DNA from: Methanothermus fervidus DSM 2088
Lineage (GTDB): Archaea; Methanobacteriota; Methanobacteria; DSM-2088; Methanothermaceae
NCBI GenBank assembly: GCA_000166095.1
Contig: CP002278.1
Location: 918,717-982,716 of the forward strand
Direction: 5' to 3'
Length of the DNA: 64,000 bases
Shown here: piece after piece, positions 32,397 to 42,891 of the stretch
Layout of the letters: each line of letters opens with the position of its first letter
Position numbering within the stretch: position 1 is the first letter of the stretch
Translations under genes and position numbers: made by a program
The notes under the pieces: model-generated
What the model saw: only the letters and a program-made list of their open reading frames with translations
Told to the model about the DNA's origin: nothing
The model's database searches: none

Positions 32397-32858
32397 TTGG
32401 CAAAAATTTTACCGGGTGCTAAAGTTATAGGAGATGTAAAAATAGGAAAAAAATCATCTGTATGGTATAATGCAGTTATAAGAGGAGACCTCGCACCAAT
32501 AAAAATTGGCTCATACTCTAATATACAAGATAATTGTGTTATACATGTAACTGATAAACATGGTGTAAAAATTGGTGATTATGTTTCAGTAGGGCATGGC
32601 GCCATACTCCATGGATGCAAAATTAAAGATAATGTACTTATAGGAATGAATGCAACAGTGCTCAATGCTGCAGTTATAAATGAAAACTCAATAGTTGGTG
32701 CTGGGGCAGTTGTCACAGAAAATAAAGAATTTCCTCCCGGAAGTTTAATACTTGGTGTACCAGCAAAAGTTGTACGGGAATTAACAAAAAAAGAAATAAA
32801 ATCAATAAAAGAAAATGCTATAAAATATTATGAGCTTGCATGTAAACAGGAAAAATAA
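32397..32858 (+). CDS. gamma-class carbonic anhydrase / hexapeptide-repeat family protein
   Basis: left-handed beta-helix hexapeptide repeats, His ligands (IHV...HGAILHG). Confidence 0.7.
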   Translation: MAKILPGAKVIGDVKIGKKSSVWYNAVIRGDLAPIKIGSYSNIQDNCVIHVTDKHGVKIGDYVSVGHGAILHGCKIKDNVLIGMNATVLNAAVINENSIVGAGAVVTENKEFPPGSLILGVPAKVVRELTKKEIKSIKENAIKYYELACKQEK

Positions 32859-32860
32859 AC

Positions 32861-34945
32861 TTAGATTATTATTCTTGCATCACCTATACATCCACCATTC
32901 CCATCATTAAAAACAAAAACAGGGTTCAAATCTATCTCTTTAATTTCTTCATGAATATCCATTATAACACCTATCTTCATTAAACATTCAACAAGAAAAT
33001 TAATATCTTTCCTTTTTCTTCCCCTTACACCTTCTAAAATTTTGTATGATTTTAAGTCCTTAATCATGTCTACAGCAAATTCTCTTGTTATTGGATATAC
33101 ACCAAAACTAACATCATCTAAAACTTCAACAAAAATCCCACCTAAACCTACCATAAGGACTGGCCCAAAAATTTTGTCTCTTTTTGCGCCAACTATAACC
33201 TCTATTTTTTCTTCATCAATAAACTTTTCCACTAGAACACCCTCTATTCTAACATTTGGATCATGTTTTTTTGCATTATTAACCAGTGTATTATATGCTT
33301 TTTTTGGATTATCTGGGTTTATTATAACTCCACCAACTTCGGTTTTATGTATTATTTCTGGAGAAACAATTTTCATTACACATTTGCCTAATTTTTTACA
33401 AAATTCTAATGCTTCATTTTCATTTTTAGCTAAGTAACATTCAGGAACAGGTAATTCATAAAAATCTAATAATTTTTTTGCTTTGTATTCGTTTGGACTC
33501 TTCAATAAATTATCAATGTAATCTCTGTTTTTGTCTCTAATTTTCAAAAACTTTTCTTTAATTTTTTCTAACTCCTCGTCGTAATCTTTTCTAACCTTCA
33601 TTAAGCTATAATTATAGAGACGCGACAATGCTTTGACACCATTTTCAGGTGTTAAATATGATGGAATTCCTCTTCTCCTTAAATAACCTTTCACATCTTT
33701 GACTGAAACTCCTCCAACAAAAGAAGTTATTAGTGGTTTATTTTTAACCTCTCTACAATTATTTTTTATTTTAACTAATGATCTAGCTACATCAATGGGT
33801 TTAGTCATTTCTTGAGGTGTTAATACAACAAGAATCCCATCTGTGTTTTTATCTTTTCCTAATAATTCAGTACATTTTTCATATCTTTCAGGGGGTGCAT
33901 CCCCAATTATGTCTAAAGGATTTGAAATATTGGCAGTGGGAGGTAAAACATCTTTAAGTTTTGAAATTGTTGATTTATCAAAATTTGCTAACTTCATTCC
34001 ATGTTCAACACATGCATCAGCTGCTAAAACACCGAAGCCTCCTGCATTTGTTATAATGGCAATTTTATTTGATTTTATTATTGGTTGTGTGGAGAAAATA
34101 TGTATTAAATCTACTAGTTCCTCAAATGTATATGCTCTAATTATACCTGCTTCTTTAAATACAGCTTCATATATAGAATCCTCACCTGCTAAAGCACCTG
34201 TATGTGATTTAACAGCTTTTTTTCCTATTTCAGTTTTTCCAGATTTTAAAGCTATTATTGGTTTTTTTCTAGACAATTTTTTGGCAGATTTTAAAAATTT
34301 TTTATCTTTTAAGCCTTCTATATATAAAACTACAATTTCAGTATCATCATCCTTTATAAAATATTCTAGTAGGTCACTTTCTTGGATATCTACTTTATTA
34401 CCAATACTTACGACTTTAGAGAATCCAATGTTTAATAAAGGTGCAATATCTAAGATTGCATCCAATATAGCTCCACTTTGAGAAACTATTGAAACTTTTC
34501 CTTTTGGTGGAAAAATACTTGCAAAAGTAGCATTTAAATCTAAATGTGTATTCATGATTCCTAAACAATTTGGACCAATAATTCGAATACCATAATTCTT
34601 TGCTATTTCTCTTATTTTATTTTCTAATTCATAATTTCCTACTTCTGAAAAACCTGCAGTGATTATGACTGCTCCTCTAATGTTTTTTTCTCCACACTCT
34701 TCTAATACTTTTGGTACAATTATGTTGGGTACAGCTATAACAGCTAAATCTATTTCATCTTCAACGTCTAAAACAGAACTATAACATTTCATGCCTAATA
34801 AATTTTTGTATTTTGGATTTACTGGATATACATTGCCTTTAAAATTTTTTAAATTCCTTATTATAGAATATCCAACTTTACCTTTTGTCTTTGATGCACC
34901 TATAACTGCAACTGAATTTGGATAAAAGATGTTTTTTAAAGACAT
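32861..34945 (-). CDS. acd: acetyl-CoA synthetase (ADP-forming), fused alpha-beta, NDP-forming acyl-CoA synthetase family
   Basis: N-terminal CoA-binding VAVIGASKTKGKVGY, ligase-CoA domain, C-terminal ATP-grasp; start refined to ATG 34945 after GGGGAG (track adds 63 aa of AT-rich upstream sequence). Confidence 0.8.
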   Translation of the reverse strand: MSLKNIFYPNSVAVIGASKTKGKVGYSIIRNLKNFKGNVYPVNPKYKNLLGMKCYSSVLDVEDEIDLAVIAVPNIIVPKVLEECGEKNIRGAVIITAGFSEVGNYELENKIREIAKNYGIRIIGPNCLGIMNTHLDLNATFASIFPPKGKVSIVSQSGAILDAILDIAPLLNIGFSKVVSIGNKVDIQESDLLEYFIKDDDTEIVVLYIEGLKDKKFLKSAKKLSRKKPIIALKSGKTEIGKKAVKSHTGALAGEDSIYEAVFKEAGIIRAYTFEELVDLIHIFSTQPIIKSNKIAIITNAGGFGVLAADACVEHGMKLANFDKSTISKLKDVLPPTANISNPLDIIGDAPPERYEKCTELLGKDKNTDGILVVLTPQEMTKPIDVARSLVKIKNNCREVKNKPLITSFVGGVSVKDVKGYLRRRGIPSYLTPENGVKALSRLYNYSLMKVRKDYDEELEKIKEKFLKIRDKNRDYIDNLLKSPNEYKAKKLLDFYELPVPECYLAKNENEALEFCKKLGKCVMKIVSPEIIHKTEVGGVIINPDNPKKAYNTLVNNAKKHDPNVRIEGVLVEKFIDEEKIEVIVGAKRDKIFGPVLMVGLGGIFVEVLDDVSFGVYPITREFAVDMIKDLKSYKILEGVRGRKRKDINFLVECLMKIGVIMDIHEEIKEIDLNPVFVFNDGNGGCIGDARIII

Positions 34946-35035
34946 TGCACTCCCCAAAAAATTTAAGTTTAATTTAATAATATTAATAATTTTTATTAGG
35001 AACAAGAAATAATTATAATTTTGGAGGTAATTTTT

Positions 35036-35311
35036 TTGACATCGCAAATAGAGTTTATTTGTAAAAATAAAAAACTTGTGCTTGATAAAGATAAAGTTAA
35101 AATAGAGGGTCCATTCCTCGATGATACGATGCAAATTGATGTAGTTGTTAAAAAAAATGAAAAAGATGTTATAGATTTTTTTAAAAGGATGGAAGATACT
35201 TTCTGTGAAATAAAATCTGAAAAATTAGAAGGAATGTGCCATATATATGATGTGAAAATTTCAAAAAAAGGAGAAAATTATGAAATTACTTTCTCATTAA
35301 GTGAGATTTAG
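35036..35311 (+). CDS. small hypothetical protein co-transcribed with caspase-like peptidase
   Basis: TTG 35036 7 nt after GGAGGT (alternative ATG 35021); stop 10 nt before peptidase ATG. Confidence 0.4.
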   Translation: MTSQIEFICKNKKLVLDKDKVKIEGPFLDDTMQIDVVVKKNEKDVIDFFKRMEDTFCEIKSEKLEGMCHIYDVKISKKGENYEITFSLSEI

Positions 35312-35320
35312 GTGGAAAAA

Positions 35321-36877
35321 ATGAAAAATAAATTACCTCTAATTTTACTCGCATTGTCATTTTTAATGTTTTTTATGAGCCTCACATATGCTTATGGTGC
35401 AGATTCAGAAAAATATGCAATTTTAGTGGGTGTAGCAAACTACCAAAACATAAGACCTTTAAAATACACAATTAATGATGTATATTCAATGAAAAATCTT
35501 TTAACAGAACAAAATTTCACAACTTATACATTGATAGATTCTAATGCAACAAAAGAAAATATCAAATCCACAATTTACAATGTTTCAAGCATGGTGAAAG
35601 AAAATGACACCTTTATTTTTTATTTCAGTGGACATGGGACAAATGGTCCAGATCTTCCTTACTATATATGTCCATATGATGCAAAAAATCTTTTAACCTG
35701 TATAAGAGCAGATGAACTCGCTACTTGGATTAAAACAATTAATTGTAAGAATAAAATACTTATATTTGACACTTGTTTTAGTGGTGGATTAGCAATTGAA
35801 AAAGAAAATGTTAAGACAACAGTATTATCTTATGTAACAAGTAATACAACAGAAAATGTTACAATTGGATATGTTTTTGGAAACGAAACAACCGTAATTA
35901 CTTCTTGCTCTGAAGATGAATTCTCTTATGAAGATTATGTATTAAACCATGGTGTTTTCACTTATTATTTCTTAAAAGCATTTAAAGATCCTAGAGCAGA
36001 CATAGATAAAGATGGATTTATAAGTTTACTTGAAGCATTTAATTATACTTTATCAAGAGTTAGAAAATATGTTGAAAATCGGTTTTGGGATGAACAAACG
36101 CCAAAGGTTTATGGTATCGTTGCGAACATTAAATTTAGGCTTTTACTTCCTGATCTAACAGTGGTATCAGCTGCATGTGAGGTTTTATCTCCTTCAGTTT
36201 TGCGTGTCTCTTATATAGTTAAGAACATAGGATATGGTTTTGCATTAGCTCCTTGGCAAGATGTCATATATCTCTCTGCAACTAAAGTTTTGGAAGAATT
36301 TTATACAATAGCCGCAAGAAATAATATACAAAAGGATCTTTTAGCTAATGCGACTTACAATATTACAACATATATTTATTTCTCCTCGCAGAATCTTTAC
36401 CTTATTATCCACTGTGATGAGTTAAATTATGTCCCTGAATTAAATAAAACAAATAATTATTTTGTAGCTCCTATATCTACCCTAATTCCGTCTTCATCTA
36501 AATTAAATGAGAAAAATTTCTCAATAACAATTAAGAACGTTGGTTCAGAACCAATTCTATTTAAATATTATGTTAGCGTATATACATCTCCAGTAAAAGG
36601 AAGTAGAATTCTTTATGATGAATATTTCTATTTCTTAACTCCTGGAGAAAAAATAATTATAGATCTAGGTAGTTTTCCAGCCAATTACGCAGTGAGTACA
36701 ACTTTTGAGATTATTAATCCCAGTAGTTCACCACTACATGCCAACATGCAAGCAGTTTTCAATGTTGAAGGATATGTGCCACAAATATTGGTACTCTCCA
36801 AGTATATTCCAGCAAGAAGCAAGAAATATTATACAATAAGATTTACAACAAACAACAATTTTGTGGATATATGGTGA
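35321..36877 (+). CDS. secreted caspase-like cysteine peptidase (C14/orthocaspase family) with CARDB-like domain and conserved C-terminal domain ending DIW
   Basis: signal peptide; catalytic His-Gly (FYFSGHGT) and Cys (IFDTCFSGG) in caspase spacing; CARDB-like PDLTVV...ELNKTNN; C-terminal ~125 aa shared with 7687..9525 protein; ATG 35321 after AGGTGGA. Confidence 0.65.
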   Translation: MKNKLPLILLALSFLMFFMSLTYAYGADSEKYAILVGVANYQNIRPLKYTINDVYSMKNLLTEQNFTTYTLIDSNATKENIKSTIYNVSSMVKENDTFIFYFSGHGTNGPDLPYYICPYDAKNLLTCIRADELATWIKTINCKNKILIFDTCFSGGLAIEKENVKTTVLSYVTSNTTENVTIGYVFGNETTVITSCSEDEFSYEDYVLNHGVFTYYFLKAFKDPRADIDKDGFISLLEAFNYTLSRVRKYVENRFWDEQTPKVYGIVANIKFRLLLPDLTVVSAACEVLSPSVLRVSYIVKNIGYGFALAPWQDVIYLSATKVLEEFYTIAARNNIQKDLLANATYNITTYIYFSSQNLYLIIHCDELNYVPELNKTNNYFVAPISTLIPSSSKLNEKNFSITIKNVGSEPILFKYYVSVYTSPVKGSRILYDEYFYFLTPGEKIIIDLGSFPANYAVSTTFEIINPSSSPLHANMQAVFNVEGYVPQILVLSKYIPARSKKYYTIRFTTNNNFVDIW

Positions 36878-36908
36878 CACTGTTTTTACAGAGAAGAGGA
36901 GGCATTAT

Positions 36909-38195
36909 ATGAAAATAAATGAAAAAGGACATTTAGTTATAGGAGAAGTCGATGCTGTAGAGCTTGCTGAAAAATATGATACTCCTCTTTATGTAATAGA
37001 TGAAAATAAAATTAGAGAAAATTATAGGCGAATTTATAATGCATTTAAAAAAAGATATGACAAATTTAAGATCCTTTATGCATGTAAAGCAAATACTAAT
37101 ATTGCAATAATGAAAATTTTGAATGATGAGGGTAGTGGAATTGATGCTGTATCTCCTGGAGAGATATATATAGCATTAGTGGCAGGGTTTAAACCTGAAG
37201 AAATATTATTTACAGGTAACAATGTTAGAAATGATGAATTAGAGTTTGCTGTAGAATCTGGAGTGATGATAAATATTGATTCTATATCTCAACTTAAGAG
37301 ACTTTCAAAATTATGTAATCCTGAGGAAGTAGAAATATCTTTTAGGATAAACCCTCTCGTTGGTGCAGGACATCATGAACATTGTATAACTGGAGGAGAA
37401 ATGAGTAAATTTGGTATAGCGGAAAAAGACGCTGTTAAAGCTTATTCTATGGCAAAGAATTTAGGATTTAAAATAAAAGGTATTCATTGTCATATAGGTT
37501 CTGGGATATTAGATCCAAGTCCATTTTTAATGGCTGTGGATGCTCTTACTAAAATTGCTGAAAGAGTTTCTAAAGAAGTTGGAATAGAATTTGAATTTAT
37601 AGACATCGGTGGAGGATTTGGAATCCCATATAAGCCTGAAGAACCTGAGTTAAATATTGAAAATCTTGCAAAAAAAATCATTGAGGTATTTAAAGAAAGG
37701 TGTGATGAATATAATCTTGGAAATCCATGGTTATATATAGAACCTGGAAGATACATTGTTGGAAATGCAGCATGCCTGTTAACTAGGGTTAACACAATAA
37801 AGAAGAGTTATAGAAAGTTTGCAGGCGTTGATGCAGGGTTTAATACTTTGATTAGACCAGCCATGTATGGTTCATATCATCATATCATAGTAGCAAATAA
37901 AGCCAATGAAGAACCTTGTGAAAAAATAGACATTGCTGGAAACTTATGTGAATCTGGTGACATTTTTGCAAGAGATAGAGAACTTCCAAAACTAGAAGAG
38001 GGAGACATTCTTGCAATTATGGATGCTGGGGCATATTGTTTTTCAATGTCATCACAATATAATTCCAGACCAAGACCCGCTGAAGTACTTGTAAAAGATG
38101 ACAAAGTGTCAATAATCAGGGAAAGAGAAAGCATCATAGACTTGTTAGATAAGCAAGTTATACCGGCAAGATTACTAAAAGGTGGTAAAAAATGA
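36909..38195 (+). CDS. lysA: diaminopimelate decarboxylase
   Basis: PLP fold-III decarboxylase motifs ([19 protein letters not shown]); ATG 36909 after AGAGGAGG. Confidence 0.85.
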   Translation: MKINEKGHLVIGEVDAVELAEKYDTPLYVIDENKIRENYRRIYNAFKKRYDKFKILYACKANTNIAIMKILNDEGSGIDAVSPGEIYIALVAGFKPEEILFTGNNVRNDELEFAVESGVMINIDSISQLKRLSKLCNPEEVEISFRINPLVGAGHHEHCITGGEMSKFGIAEKDAVKAYSMAKNLGFKIKGIHCHIGSGILDPSPFLMAVDALTKIAERVSKEVGIEFEFIDIGGGFGIPYKPEEPELNIENLAKKIIEVFKERCDEYNLGNPWLYIEPGRYIVGNAACLLTRVNTIKKSYRKFAGVDAGFNTLIRPAMYGSYHHIIVANKANEEPCEKIDIAGNLCESGDIFARDRELPKLEEGDILAIMDAGAYCFSMSSQYNSRPRPAEVLVKDDKVSIIRERESIIDLLDKQVIPARLLKGGKK

Positions 38196-39064
38196 ATACA
38201 AAGACGATTTTATTCACAAAAATGCATGCATTGGGAAACGATTATATATTAATTGATGAGACTCGAGGAGAAATTGTTAAAGAAAGAGAAAAACCTGAAT
38301 TCGTGAAAAAAATTTGTGATAGGAACTTTGGGGTTGGCGGGGATGGAGTAATTTTTGTTTCAAAATCTGATAATTTGGATATTAAATTTAGGATTTTTAA
38401 TGCAGATGGTAGTGAAGCTGAGATGTGTGGGAATGGAATAAGATGTTTTGCAAAATATGTATATGAAAAAGGTATATTAAGAAAGAAAAGAATGAAAGTT
38501 GAAACTTTAGCTGGCGAAAAAATTCTAAACTTAAAGACGAAAAATAATCTTGTTGAATCTATAAAAGTAGATATGGGGTTAGCAACTTTTAAAAGTGAAA
38601 AAATACCTGTAAAAACTAAAGATAAGACATTCATAAATAAAGTTTGTAAATTAAATGACAAAAAAATAAAATTAAGTGCTGTAAACGTTGGTAATCCTCA
38701 CACTGTTATTTTTGTGGATGAAGTATCTAGAGATTATGCAGAGAAAATAGGACCAGTAATAGAAAATCATCCAATTTTTCCAGAAAGAACAAATGTAAAT
38801 TTTGTTAAGGTGTTAAATCCAAATGAAATTAAAATGATTACATGGGAACGTGGTGTAGGTATTACTTTAGCATGTGGCACAGGTGCAGTAGCATCTACAA
38901 TAGTTGGTAGAAAACTAGGGAAATTAAATAAAGAAGTTACAGTTAATTTACCTGGCGGCAGGTTAAAAATAGAGATTTATGAAAAAAATAATAAAATAGG
39001 GGCATTCATGGAAGGTAAGGCTACTATGGTCTTTGAAGGAATATTATCAATGCCATGGCAATAG
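38192..39064 (+). CDS. dapF: diaminopimelate epimerase
   Basis: two catalytic Cys motifs (MCGNGIRC and ACGTGA); ATGA overlap with lysA. Confidence 0.85.
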   Translation: MNTKTILFTKMHALGNDYILIDETRGEIVKEREKPEFVKKICDRNFGVGGDGVIFVSKSDNLDIKFRIFNADGSEAEMCGNGIRCFAKYVYEKGILRKKRMKVETLAGEKILNLKTKNNLVESIKVDMGLATFKSEKIPVKTKDKTFINKVCKLNDKKIKLSAVNVGNPHTVIFVDEVSRDYAEKIGPVIENHPIFPERTNVNFVKVLNPNEIKMITWERGVGITLACGTGAVASTIVGRKLGKLNKEVTVNLPGGRLKIEIYEKNNKIGAFMEGKATMVFEGILSMPWQ

Positions 39065-39072
39065 GTGGTACA

Positions 39073-40404
39073 ATGCTAGGAAAATTAGGTGAAAAATTAA
39101 GAAAAAGTATAAAAAAATTAGCAAAGATGCCAATAGTAGATGAAAAAGTAGTCAAAGAAGTAATTAAGGATTTACAGAGAGCATTGATACAAGCTGATGT
39201 CAATGTAAAATTAGTGTTTAAACTCTCAAAATCAATAGAAAAAAGGGCTCTAAAAGAAGAACCACCAAAAGGTATAACTCCAAAAGAACACGTCATAAAA
39301 ATAGTATATGAAGAATTAACAAAATTATTAGGTAAGAAATCATATAAACTTAAAATAGATAAGAAACCTTACAAGATTCTTTTTGTAGGGTTACAAGGTA
39401 GTGGAAAAACAACTACAGTTGCAAAATTAGCTCATTATTTACGGTTAAAAGGTTATAATTCAGCTGTTGTATGTACAGATACCTGGAGAACTGCTGCTTA
39501 TGATCAATTAAAACAGCTTACTGAAGAAATAAATGTACCAATGTATGGAGATCCAAATGAAGATAATCCCATACGATTAGCTAAAGAAGGATTAAATAAA
39601 TTCAAAAATTATGATGTAATACTATTTGATACTGCTGGTAGACATAAAAATGAGAAGGAATTATTAGATGAAATGGAAATGCTTAGCAAGGAAATAAACC
39701 CTGATGAAATAATTCTTGTTATTGATGGAACAATAGGACAGCAAGCTAAATCTCAAGCAAAAGCATTTTCTGAGAGGGTTAAAATTGGATCAATAATTGT
39801 TACAAAACTTGATGGATCAGCGAAAGGTGGTGGAGCACTTTCTGCAGTGTCTGAAGTTGGAGCACCAATAAAATTCATTGGGACTGGGGAAAAAATAGAT
39901 GATTTAGAGGAATTTGATCCAGCAAGGTTTATGTCCAGATTGTTAGGCATGGGTGATATAAAGAGCTTAATAGAAAAATTTGAGAGGGTTGTTGAAGAAG
40001 AAGATAAAATTTCAGAAACTGTAGACACAATGCTATCAGGAAAGTTTACATTAAAGGATTTAAAGACACAATTTGAAACTATGAAGAAAATGGGTCCTTT
40101 AAAACAAATATTAAATATGTTACCTTTAGCTGGTAACATTCCTAAAAACTTTTCAAAAATAACTGAAGATAAAATCAAGAAATATTGTGTGATTATGGAT
40201 TCAATGACTGAAGAAGAATTGGAAAATCCAAGGATAATAAAATACTCAAGAGTGAAAAGAATAGCTAGAGGTGCAGGTGTAAGAAACGAAGATGTTAGGG
40301 AGCTACTAAGATATTATAAAACTACAAAAAAGGCTTTGAAAGGCTTTGAAAGACGTAAACTAGGTGGCCCAATACAAAGTATACTAAAACAAATCATGCG
40401 TTAG
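39073..40404 (+). CDS. srp54: signal recognition particle 54 kDa protein
   Basis: NG domain [19 protein letters not shown] motifs; Met-rich M domain; start refined to ATG 39073. Confidence 0.85.
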   Translation: MLGKLGEKLRKSIKKLAKMPIVDEKVVKEVIKDLQRALIQADVNVKLVFKLSKSIEKRALKEEPPKGITPKEHVIKIVYEELTKLLGKKSYKLKIDKKPYKILFVGLQGSGKTTTVAKLAHYLRLKGYNSAVVCTDTWRTAAYDQLKQLTEEINVPMYGDPNEDNPIRLAKEGLNKFKNYDVILFDTAGRHKNEKELLDEMEMLSKEINPDEIILVIDGTIGQQAKSQAKAFSERVKIGSIIVTKLDGSAKGGGALSAVSEVGAPIKFIGTGEKIDDLEEFDPARFMSRLLGMGDIKSLIEKFERVVEEEDKISETVDTMLSGKFTLKDLKTQFETMKKMGPLKQILNMLPLAGNIPKNFSKITEDKIKKYCVIMDSMTEEELENPRIIKYSRVKRIARGAGVRNEDVRELLRYYKTTKKALKGFERRKLGGPIQSILKQIMR

Positions 40405-41618
40405 TGATCGGCATGAAAGAGATTGTGAAAGAAATAATAGAATCAACAGGAGGTGCAATTTGCGAACGTTGTCTTGGGAGAATATTATCAAGAGAACTTA
40501 AAGTTGAAGGGCATGATAATTTAGAAAGAGGTAAAAAAATAAAAGAAAAATTAAATTTAGACTTAAAATCAGAAAATAGATGTTATATATGTGATAATAT
40601 ATTTGATAAAATAGATGAAGCTGCAGAAAAAGCAGAAGATAAAATAAATGAATTAGATATTGAGTTTTCAACATTTTTAGTTGGAAGTACTTTACCACCT
40701 GACATGTTACAACGTGATAAGGAAATTACTAGTCTTGTGTCTAAAGCTGAAAGCATTAAAAAAGATATAAATAGAGAAATAGGAAAACGGTTACGAAGAA
40801 AATTGAAAAAAAGGGTGGACTACCAAAACCCAGATATAGTAGTAAAAGTCAATTTTAGATATAAAGATCCAAATGTATACATACAAATAAATCCATTGTA
40901 TCTGGAAGGAAGATATAGAAAACTTGTAAGAGGTATTCCACAAACTAAATGGCCTTGCAAACATTGTAGAGGGAAAGGATGTCCAAAATGTAATTTCAAA
41001 GGTAAAATGTATGAAGAATCTGTTGAAGAAATTATAGCAGGACCACTCATTGAAGCAACGAAAGCAAGGGAAAGCAAATTTCATGGTGCAGGAAGGGAAG
41101 ACATAGATGTAAGGATGCTTGGTAAAGGACGTCCATTTGTAATAGAACTTAAAGAACCAAGACGTAGAAAACTAGATTTAGACAAAATTGTCGATGAAAT
41201 AAATAAAAGTGCTGAAGGAAAAGTTGAAGTACTCTTCCTTAAGTATACTAATAGATCAAGAATAGTAGAGTTAAAAAGTATCAAAAGTTATAAAGTGTAT
41301 AGAGCAATAGCTGAAATTGAAGGAAAAATAAAAGAAGAAGATCTAAAAAAGATTGAACCTTCGTTTATTGTTAAACAAAGGACACCGTTACGAGTTTCCC
41401 ATAGAAGGGCTGATAAAGTTAGAATAAGAAAAGTTTATGATATAAAACCAAAAATTTTGGATGAAAATACAATAGAACTCAAAATAAAGGCTGAAGGTGG
41501 ATTATATATAAAGGAATTAATTTCAGGGGATGAAGGTAGAACAAAACCAAGCATAACTGAAATGTTGGGAAAGCAAGCAAAATGTATAAAGTTAGATGTT
41601 ATTGACATTGGAATTTAA
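40404..41618 (+). CDS. pus10: tRNA pseudouridine(54/55) synthase Pus10
   Basis: N-terminal CERCLGR...CYIC zinc motif, THUMP-like region, catalytic domain; start may be ATG 40413. Confidence 0.7.
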   Translation: MIGMKEIVKEIIESTGGAICERCLGRILSRELKVEGHDNLERGKKIKEKLNLDLKSENRCYICDNIFDKIDEAAEKAEDKINELDIEFSTFLVGSTLPPDMLQRDKEITSLVSKAESIKKDINREIGKRLRRKLKKRVDYQNPDIVVKVNFRYKDPNVYIQINPLYLEGRYRKLVRGIPQTKWPCKHCRGKGCPKCNFKGKMYEESVEEIIAGPLIEATKARESKFHGAGREDIDVRMLGKGRPFVIELKEPRRRKLDLDKIVDEINKSAEGKVEVLFLKYTNRSRIVELKSIKSYKVYRAIAEIEGKIKEEDLKKIEPSFIVKQRTPLRVSHRRADKVRIRKVYDIKPKILDENTIELKIKAEGGLYIKELISGDEGRTKPSITEMLGKQAKCIKLDVIDIGI

Positions 41619-41633
41619 TTGGAGGTTTTATTA

Positions 41634-41927
41634 ATGAAAGGTTCAAAGGGATTGAGAAGTGGAACTAGGTATAAATTCAAAAAGAAAAAAAGACCAGGAA
41701 TGACTAATCCAATAACAAGAATGATACAAAGATTTGAAAAAGGTGATAAAGTTCACATAATAGTGGATCCTAGTATTCATAAAGGCCAACCACATCATAG
41801 ATTCCACGGTAAAACAGGAGAAGTAATTGGAAAGAGAGGAAAATGTTATTTAATATCTGTAAGAGATGGTAATAAAGAAAAAATAGTTATAAGTAGGCCT
41901 GAGCACTTAAGACCTCAAAAGCAGTGA
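41634..41927 (+). CDS. rpl21e: 50S ribosomal protein L21e
   Basis: [22 protein letters not shown]...; ATG after GGAGGT. Confidence 0.85.
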   Translation: MKGSKGLRSGTRYKFKKKKRPGMTNPITRMIQRFEKGDKVHIIVDPSIHKGQPHHRFHGKTGEVIGKRGKCYLISVRDGNKEKIVISRPEHLRPQKQ

Positions 41928-42274
41928 TATCGATGATTGCTAAAGAAATTATAGAATCAACACCAGTTCCATTGCCTGTGGTTAAAGAAATGTTGGAAGA
42001 ACTTGGCAAGGAGTATGAACTAACACGAGAACAAAAATTAATTTTAGAACATATCAGTAAATTCGTAAAATTGAGTGCAAAGGAAGCTATGGAACTCACA
42101 GACAAAATAGAAGAGATAGTAGGTGATAGAAGGATTGCCGTGCACATAGTAAACATAATGCCTGAAGATCTTGTAGAGTTACATGCATTATTAAGCAAAG
42201 AAAAAGTTTCATTAGGAAAGGAGGAAATGAAAAAAATTCTCAAAATTGTTAAAGAATATAAGAAAACTGAATAG
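41924..42274 (+). CDS. rpoF: DNA-directed RNA polymerase subunit F (Rpo4)
   Basis: ~115 aa; conserved [12 protein letters not shown] motif; conserved position after rpl21e. Confidence 0.65.
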   Translation: MISMIAKEIIESTPVPLPVVKEMLEELGKEYELTREQKLILEHISKFVKLSAKEAMELTDKIEEIVGDRRIAVHIVNIMPEDLVELHALLSKEKVSLGKEEMKKILKIVKEYKKTE

Positions 42275-42285
42275 CATGTGATTGG

Positions 42286-42891
42286 ATGGAAAAATATGCT
42301 ATTATTTTAGATTATCTTCCTCATGGGTACATAGAGGAAGGAAGGCCTTTCTTTAGGAAGCGGCCAGTAGCACAGGCCATAGGGAAAGATGAATTTACAT
42401 TGTTAGAATTAATACCAAAACCTGGAGTAGAATTAGACATACATGAAGAAGTTTATATTGGGCCTGGAAAACGTGATAAAATAGCTAGAGTTAACAGACG
42501 ATTAACAGCTAGAGAGTTAACAGCTACAGCTCGCGTAGAGTTACCATACGTAGTCGAAGAAATTGTTAGATCAAGAGAAAATGAATTTGTAGAATTTTTC
42601 AATAAAGCTACATCAATAAGTACTCGATTACACCAATTAGAGTTGTTACCAGGTATAGGAAAAAAATATATGTGGGAAATAATAAAAGCTCGTGAAAAAG
42701 AACCATTTAAAAGCTTTGAAGATATAAAAAAAAGAGTACCAAGTTTATCAGATCCTGTAAAAATTTTAGTTAAAAGAATACTTCTTGAATTAAATTTAGA
42801 TGGAGGTAGTAAGGAAAAAGGAAAGAGAGGTAAACGAAAATATATACTGTTTGTAAAAGGTCTGAAGCGTAGGAGTAGAAGAAGACGGTGA
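42286..42891 (+). CDS. DUF655-family putative RNA-binding protein (HhH motif)
   Basis: conserved archaeal gene between rpoF and ksgA; LLPGIGKKYMWEII helix-hairpin-helix-like motif. Confidence 0.6.
   Translation: MEKYAIILDYLPHGYIEEGRPFFRKRPVAQAIGKDEFTLLELIPKPGVELDIHEEVYIGPGKRDKIARVNRRLTARELTATARVELPYVVEEIVRSRENEFVEFFNKATSISTRLHQLELLPGIGKKYMWEIIKAREKEPFKSFEDIKKRVPSLSDPVKILVKRILLELNLDGGSKEKGKRGKRKYILFVKGLKRRSRRRR

Noticed and set aside
32861-35134. Track ORF gives a 757-aa acetyl-CoA synthetase with a 63-aa low-complexity N-terminal extension
   Set aside because: The extension is translated from AT-rich promoter DNA (FNFIFIKHKFFIF...) with no RBS. An ATG at 34945 is preceded by GGGGAG and starts the conserved CoA-binding domain (MSLKNIFYPNSVAVIGASK).
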